Source: SAR86 cluster bacterium (GTDB taxonomy: Bacteria; Pseudomonadota; Gammaproteobacteria; Magnimaribacterales; TMED112). From it: a stretch of 64,000 nt of DNA. Below the pieces are notes generated by a model, which saw only the letters and a program-made list of their open reading frames with translations, ran no database searches and was not told where the DNA came from. Below, piece after piece: positions 59,357-64,000 of the stretch (positions are counted from its first letter, which is position 1; every line of letters starts with the position of its first letter). Location: NCBI GenBank assembly GCA_023703535.1, contig CP097967.1, positions 796,156 through 860,155 of the forward strand. Reading direction: 5' to 3'. The translations under genes and the position numbers were made by a program.

Positions 59357-60523
59357 ATGATAAGTATAGTAATTCCATCTAGAAATGATGACATTGAAGT
59401 TTTTCAAAAAACCATTAACGCAATAAAAAAACAAACTGTATTGCCAAAAGAAATTATTATTGTTGATTCAAGTACTGATAATTCAATAAAAAACTTTTTA
59501 CAAAAGCAAAAATTAAAGCTAATTAATCTTATTTACAAAAAAATTGATGGGTCATTTGCAGGAAAAAGTACAAATATTGGAATGTCTCTTGCAACACAAA
59601 AGTTTATTGGTTTGCTTGATACCAAAACAATTCCAAATGATACATGGATAGAAAAATACATAAAACAATTGGAAAGAGATAACTCAGATTTGATTTTTGG
59701 AAATACAAAATTCTTCTCTAAAAATAGATTTCAAAAAATACTAAGAATTCTTTCATATGGTGACGCGTCACATGAAACAGTTCCTGGAACTATATTTAAG
59801 CGCAGTAAATTCGGCAAAAAAATGTTTTTCATTGAAAATGTCAGATCATCATATGATATTGAGTGGAGAGAGAGACAAAAAACTCTTTTGAAAACTTCTT
59901 TAGGTAATGAGATTGAAATAGAGTATGGAGAATTTCCAAATTCATTCTTGGATGCTGCAAAAAAATACTTTATTTATAGTTTTTATACTGCAATTGTAAA
60001 TGTTCAAAAGGATGCGAAAGATCTATATTTATCAATTTTTATAATCTTATCCGCATTAGTCATACCAAGATGGAATTTTTTTCTTGAAGGCTGGGATGAA
60101 AATCCGCTCTATATTGCAGATGTAACAAAAAAATACTTTTTATCACTATTGGTAATTTTTTTGAGTTTTTTAATTGCATCAAGATTTTTTCCTAAACAAG
60201 TAGAAAATAGGCTTCCATTTATTACTCTTAAATACACAGTTTTTCTTTTTATCTTTCTTTCTGTTTTTAATTGGAATGCAGTAGTGGCTGACTGGGTAGA
60301 GGATACTGTTTTTTACATTCCACATATCACGAAAATTTTTGTGGTTTTAGTTTTGGTTTCCTCTGTATTGGTTAGAGGACTTTTTAAACCAGTAAGCAAC
60401 AAAGTTAAATTAAATTATCTTCTTCCCTTTAGGTGGTTATTTATTGGCACTATTGGGCTAATACTGGATATTGTTAAAGCTCCTGGTTACATAATAGGTT
60501 CCTTGATTTCAAAATTTAGATAA
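59357..60523 (+). CDS. GT2 glycosyltransferase with C-terminal membrane domain
   Basis: SIVIPSRND, IIVDSS, LLD, followed by several TM helices. Confidence 0.8.
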   Translation: MISIVIPSRNDDIEVFQKTINAIKKQTVLPKEIIIVDSSTDNSIKNFLQKQKLKLINLIYKKIDGSFAGKSTNIGMSLATQKFIGLLDTKTIPNDTWIEKYIKQLERDNSDLIFGNTKFFSKNRFQKILRILSYGDASHETVPGTIFKRSKFGKKMFFIENVRSSYDIEWRERQKTLLKTSLGNEIEIEYGEFPNSFLDAAKKYFIYSFYTAIVNVQKDAKDLYLSIFIILSALVIPRWNFFLEGWDENPLYIADVTKKYFLSLLVIFLSFLIASRFFPKQVENRLPFITLKYTVFLFIFLSVFNWNAVVADWVEDTVFYIPHITKIFVVLVLVSSVLVRGLFKPVSNKVKLNYLLPFRWLFIGTIGLILDIVKAPGYIIGSLISKFR

Positions 60524-61253
60524 AACTTTTTATATCAAGAAACTCTGATTCAATGTTGTAAGATTTAGAAATTCTTTTTGGGATTTTTAATGCTTTAATT
60601 TTTAAGCTCTTTGAAAATGAATTCATAAATCTTAAGAAATTAAGTGGACTCCCATTTAAGTCATTTTTATACTCTTGTAATTGTTGAATTATGTAATCTT
60701 TCACAATAAAAATACTCTGATCTGCTAACCCCTCGTCCCAATTTATTTCTATTTTGTTATCAATTGAGAGATGAATATCCTTAACAAAGTCAGAATTTTC
60801 TTTGAGCACATATTTCACATAAGGATTTTTATCAAATATTAAGGGTACAAAAATGTCAGCACCCTCAGAAATATTTAAATGCTTTTCAAATGCAGATGTT
60901 GAATCGATAATAAAAGTATCGCCCCAGCACACAAATATTAGACTACCATTTGCTTTAAAACTACGTAATCCATCTAAAACAGCTTGTCCATCCCCTGAAC
61001 CAGACTCACTTTCAATGAATTTAATCTTAGATAAAAAATGATCCTCAATATTTTTGTTGAACAATTCTTTTGAAGATTTATCTTTAGGTATTGGTATTAT
61101 TATTGTTTCAAAATACTTATTAACTTCCTCTAAAAGATAATTTATCGCTGCTCTACCATTAATTTTTAGTAGTTGCTTTGGTACTGATGATTTCATTCTT
61201 GATGATTTTCCAGCACATGGAATTATAATTTTTCTCAAGAATCTGATCTCCAT
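60516..61253 (-). CDS. Nucleotidyltransferase (GlmU-N/IspD-like fold)
   Basis: IPCAGKSSRM, PKQL, GDGQAV, WGD. Confidence 0.8.
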   Translation of the reverse strand: MEIRFLRKIIIPCAGKSSRMKSSVPKQLLKINGRAAINYLLEEVNKYFETIIIPIPKDKSSKELFNKNIEDHFLSKIKFIESESGSGDGQAVLDGLRSFKANGSLIFVCWGDTFIIDSTSAFEKHLNISEGADIFVPLIFDKNPYVKYVLKENSDFVKDIHLSIDNKIEINWDEGLADQSIFIVKDYIIQQLQEYKNDLNGSPLNFLRFMNSFSKSLKIKALKIPKRISKSYNIESEFLDIKSFI

Positions 61254-63427
61254 TTCGAGCTATTTGCGCCCATTATTAATGATGAAATTTTTAAATTATC
61301 ATGTTTGCCTGAATCAATAGATTCAAAATCTTCAGCGAGTATTTCTTTAAGATCTAATTGATATAATTCACTCATATTTAACCTTATGTATCTGGAATCT
61401 TGTTTTGATGGAGAATTTGAGATAATTACATCAAAAAGTTCAGGTACCTGAAAATTAAGTTTTCCCTTTTGATTTAAATAAAACCTTGCCTGTTTAATTT
61501 GATCTGCAGCTGTAAATTCTGGCGTTTCATTATCATGATCAATATTTGTTATAAAAAACTTTTGTGCTGAAGATTTTGAAATCTCTTCAGTTAATCCTTT
61601 TGTCCAATAAGTTGGATATAAACTGCTGTATTGAGTACCAGGACCATATATTATTATGTCAGCTTTTCGAACTGCTAAAGCAGTATCTTGGCTAAGGTCA
61701 GGGAATGGTGATGATATATTTTCAAGAAATTGTTTTTTCTTAATAAGCCCTGTTAAAGATTCAAATTGTTTCTCTTCTTCTTCTGATAGTGGGTATGTTT
61801 TATAAAAAATTTCAAAAATTGGTGTTTTTCCCTCATAACCTACAATTTCTGACTCGTCTTTCAGAAGCTTTCCATCCTCTGTAAGACCAAAAAGATAACC
61901 AGCTTCTGATGAATTAAGGAAAACCTCATTTGGCAAATTGAAGGCATCTCTCACCATAAGTTCAACTTTCTTTATATCCCCATATTTATGCTCTAGAGAA
62001 CCATAAATAATATTAGACAAGGCAAAATCTTGGATTTCTAATGATTTATTTTGCTCTTCAGAAATTTTTTTAAAATGTGAAAGCGAATCACTAATTATCT
62101 CTTGCATCTGATAATTCATTTTTTGGTAATAAGGGAAAAACTCTGATTTATAATTTTGATTATCTAAAAGCTTAGAAATATCATTTTTAAAATCAAGAAA
62201 GTCACATGATGTACGGCTTTTAAAAAAATCGAGCCCCTCTCCTTCAGGATAATAAAATTCATATTGAGTTTCTTGGACTTTTCTTAAATCAGAAGGTCCT
62301 AAAATTTTGTAATCAAAAAAAGCTCTTATCGCGCCAGTTGAAAGGCCATCATCATAAGCATTAATAATATTTGTTAAATTTAAATTAACGTCATTTACTT
62401 TTGAAAACTCTCTAAGTCCATCACATAAGTTTATCGAGCCTCTTCCTCCTGAAAATACGACTACATTCAAACCATTTTGATTAATATCATAAAATCCTTT
62501 TTTTCCTTGAATACCATGAAGATATCCTTTGAAAAAATAGCGAAGATTTATTAGAAAATTGTGATAATTAGAATGAAAGAATAAAAAAAATAAGCCTGCA
62601 GTAAACTTTAAATTGTGAGCAAGCAAGTATAAAAACCACCCAACCGAGAATGATTTGAAGTTCTTTTTAAGAAATAATAATGATCCTCTTGTTGAGTAAT
62701 ATAACCATTGTTTATTTGCATATTTATTTTTGCTGCCTGTTTTAGTATCGTGATAACCAATAGCTTTCGGAGTAAAGCGATGAATATTTTTCGCTTTTAT
62801 AGAACGGTACATCAGATCATGATCGTCGTAATAGAGAAAGTAATCTTTATCAAACCAACCAATTTCTTTTTCTATTTTTCTGGAAATTAATACCATACAT
62901 CCATTTAGGGCATCAAGAGTTCTAGCTTCAGAGAATTTTTCGTGATTAGTCTCATTAACACCAATACCCTTTGCTATTGCATAGTAAGGTTTTAAGTCGG
63001 CACCAATAGCATGCAATGTATCCTTATTTTGAAAATAAAATACTTTTCCGCCAACAAAAGTATGTTTTTCTGATTTTTCTGCTTCATTAACTAGCTCAGC
63101 AACACAATCTTTATCAAGTACTACATCTTCGTCCATTTTTAGCATGTATTTCCAATCCTCACGAATAACCTTTAAGGCTTCAATATATGAACCTGATGAA
63201 CCAGAATTTAATTTTAAATCTAGAAGTTTTATTTTTTTGTTATCTATTTCCCTAGAAAAGATTTTTTTAATTTCAGATACTGTTCCGTCATTAGAGTTAT
63301 TGTCTACAACAATTACCTCAAATGAATCCTCTGGATAATTTTGTGAAAGAATGGATTGAATGCTTTCATTGATAATGTACTTTCTGTTATAACTTGCTAC
63401 AACGATGCTAACAAAAGGTTTTTTCAT
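61235..63427 (-). CDS. GT2 glycosyltransferase fused to CofD/YvcK (UPF0052) domain
   Basis: N: SIVVASYN, VVDNNSND, MDED, YYDDHD. C: SGGRGS, YDDGLSTG, GPSDLRK, GPGTQYSSLYP. Confidence 0.85.
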   Translation of the reverse strand: MKKPFVSIVVASYNRKYIINESIQSILSQNYPEDSFEVIVVDNNSNDGTVSEIKKIFSREIDNKKIKLLDLKLNSGSSGSYIEALKVIREDWKYMLKMDEDVVLDKDCVAELVNEAEKSEKHTFVGGKVFYFQNKDTLHAIGADLKPYYAIAKGIGVNETNHEKFSEARTLDALNGCMVLISRKIEKEIGWFDKDYFLYYDDHDLMYRSIKAKNIHRFTPKAIGYHDTKTGSKNKYANKQWLYYSTRGSLLFLKKNFKSFSVGWFLYLLAHNLKFTAGLFFLFFHSNYHNFLINLRYFFKGYLHGIQGKKGFYDINQNGLNVVVFSGGRGSINLCDGLREFSKVNDVNLNLTNIINAYDDGLSTGAIRAFFDYKILGPSDLRKVQETQYEFYYPEGEGLDFFKSRTSCDFLDFKNDISKLLDNQNYKSEFFPYYQKMNYQMQEIISDSLSHFKKISEEQNKSLEIQDFALSNIIYGSLEHKYGDIKKVELMVRDAFNLPNEVFLNSSEAGYLFGLTEDGKLLKDESEIVGYEGKTPIFEIFYKTYPLSEEEEKQFESLTGLIKKKQFLENISSPFPDLSQDTALAVRKADIIIYGPGTQYSSLYPTYWTKGLTEEISKSSAQKFFITNIDHDNETPEFTAADQIKQARFYLNQKGKLNFQVPELFDVIISNSPSKQDSRYIRLNMSELYQLDLKEILAEDFESIDSGKHDNLKISSLIMGANSSKWRSDS

Positions 63428-64000
63428 TTTGAAAGTTCCTCATAAATTGAAGTATATAACTTTAATCCTGACTTTAATGAAAATTCTTTTTTGCCAATTT
63501 CAATACACTTTAAATTTAGTTTCTCTTTATTATTATTTGGATTTACAAATTTAAAAACTTTCTCTATATCGCCTTTAGCAAAATTTGTAATAATTCCACA
63601 GCCTTGCTTAGTTAAGTATTCAATATCATCGTTAAACCGATTGCATATAATTGGGACTCCGCACATAAGAACCTCTCCTATTTTTGTAGGCATAGAGGCT
63701 TTAACTGAAAAGTTTTCATTCAAATAAAATATACATGCATTAAAGTTATTAATTTGACTAACTAGTTCTTTCTTATCTCTAATAAATTTAATTGAAATCT
63801 TTTCAAGATCTTTGAATCCAGTTTCTCTAGCTATACTCATTATCTTAGATTCAGGGGTTGAAGAATATATGTCTAGGTAAGCATCTCTATGCTTTTGAGA
63901 AAACAAATTGAAAAAATTTAAAACTTTTTGAAAATTATATGCTGTATCAAGAGTTCCCAAATAACCGAATCTTATAGTTTGATCCTCATCTTTTTTTATT
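63424..64000 (-). CDS. Glycosyltransferase (GT4-like), C-terminal part; gene starts beyond the window
   Basis: Frame open to the window end (FGYLGTLDTAYNF), SMPTKIGEVLMCGVPII. Confidence 0.7.
   Translation of the reverse strand, partial: IKKDEDQTIRFGYLGTLDTAYNFQKVLNFFNLFSQKHRDAYLDIYSSTPESKIMSIARETGFKDLEKISIKFIRDKKELVSQINNFNACIFYLNENFSVKASMPTKIGEVLMCGVPIICNRFNDDIEYLTKQGCGIITNFAKGDIEKVFKFVNPNNNKEKLNLKCIEIGKKEFSLKSGLKLYTSIYEELSK

Larger units (their letters stand above)
28945..64000. other. Surface-glycan (O-antigen/capsule) biosynthesis island, continuing past the window end
   Basis: About 35 consecutive sugar-nucleotide, transferase and modification genes; visibly more A/T-rich than the housekeeping part (not quantified). 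Confidence 0.9.

Noticed and set aside
1-64000. Remaining short (60-130 aa) ORFs overlapping assigned genes; tRNA/rRNA genes
   Set aside because: Short ORFs are opposite-strand or off-frame with no motifs; no intergenic stretch shows cloverleaf or rRNA signatures.

Overview
AT-rich, tightly packed bacterial DNA; gene content and near-absent intergenic space suggest a streamlined marine gammaproteobacterium, SAR86-like (inference, not tested). 1-22.8 kb is mostly housekeeping: mazG, acyltransferase, prc, xthA, small secreted hypotheticals, guaBA, prepilin peptidase, fumC-phhB-queC-queE, aldolase/ALDH, and a wecA-galE-suhB-ELM1-phrB operon. 23-28.8 kb is group-4-capsule-like export: a YjbE/GfcA-like protein with (PTPA)17, YjbH and a large SLBB protein. 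28.9 kb to the window end is a mosaic surface-glycan island. It holds a complete legionaminic-acid-type pathway, an amidotransferase/HisH/HisF trio, sulfo- and methyltransferases, a GT52-like sialyltransferase, an ABC flippase and three CMP-ulosonate synthetase homologues. The best candidate for an undescribed system is the coupled minus-strand operon at 54.5-59.3 kb. Its DAHP-synthase homologue has Asn in place of the metal Cys and KPLSF in place of KPRTS; its shikimate-dehydrogenase homologue has altered substrate residues; both sit with a NeuA-like cytidylyltransferase and a GT2 fusion, pointing to a non-canonical ulosonic-acid or cyclitol glycan building block. Also notable: a GT2-CofD/YvcK fusion beside a nucleotidyltransferase, an exact 227-bp tandem duplication, ATCUN-like secreted proteins and recurrent leaderless-type promoters. 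No rRNA, tRNA, CRISPR or transposase was recognised.
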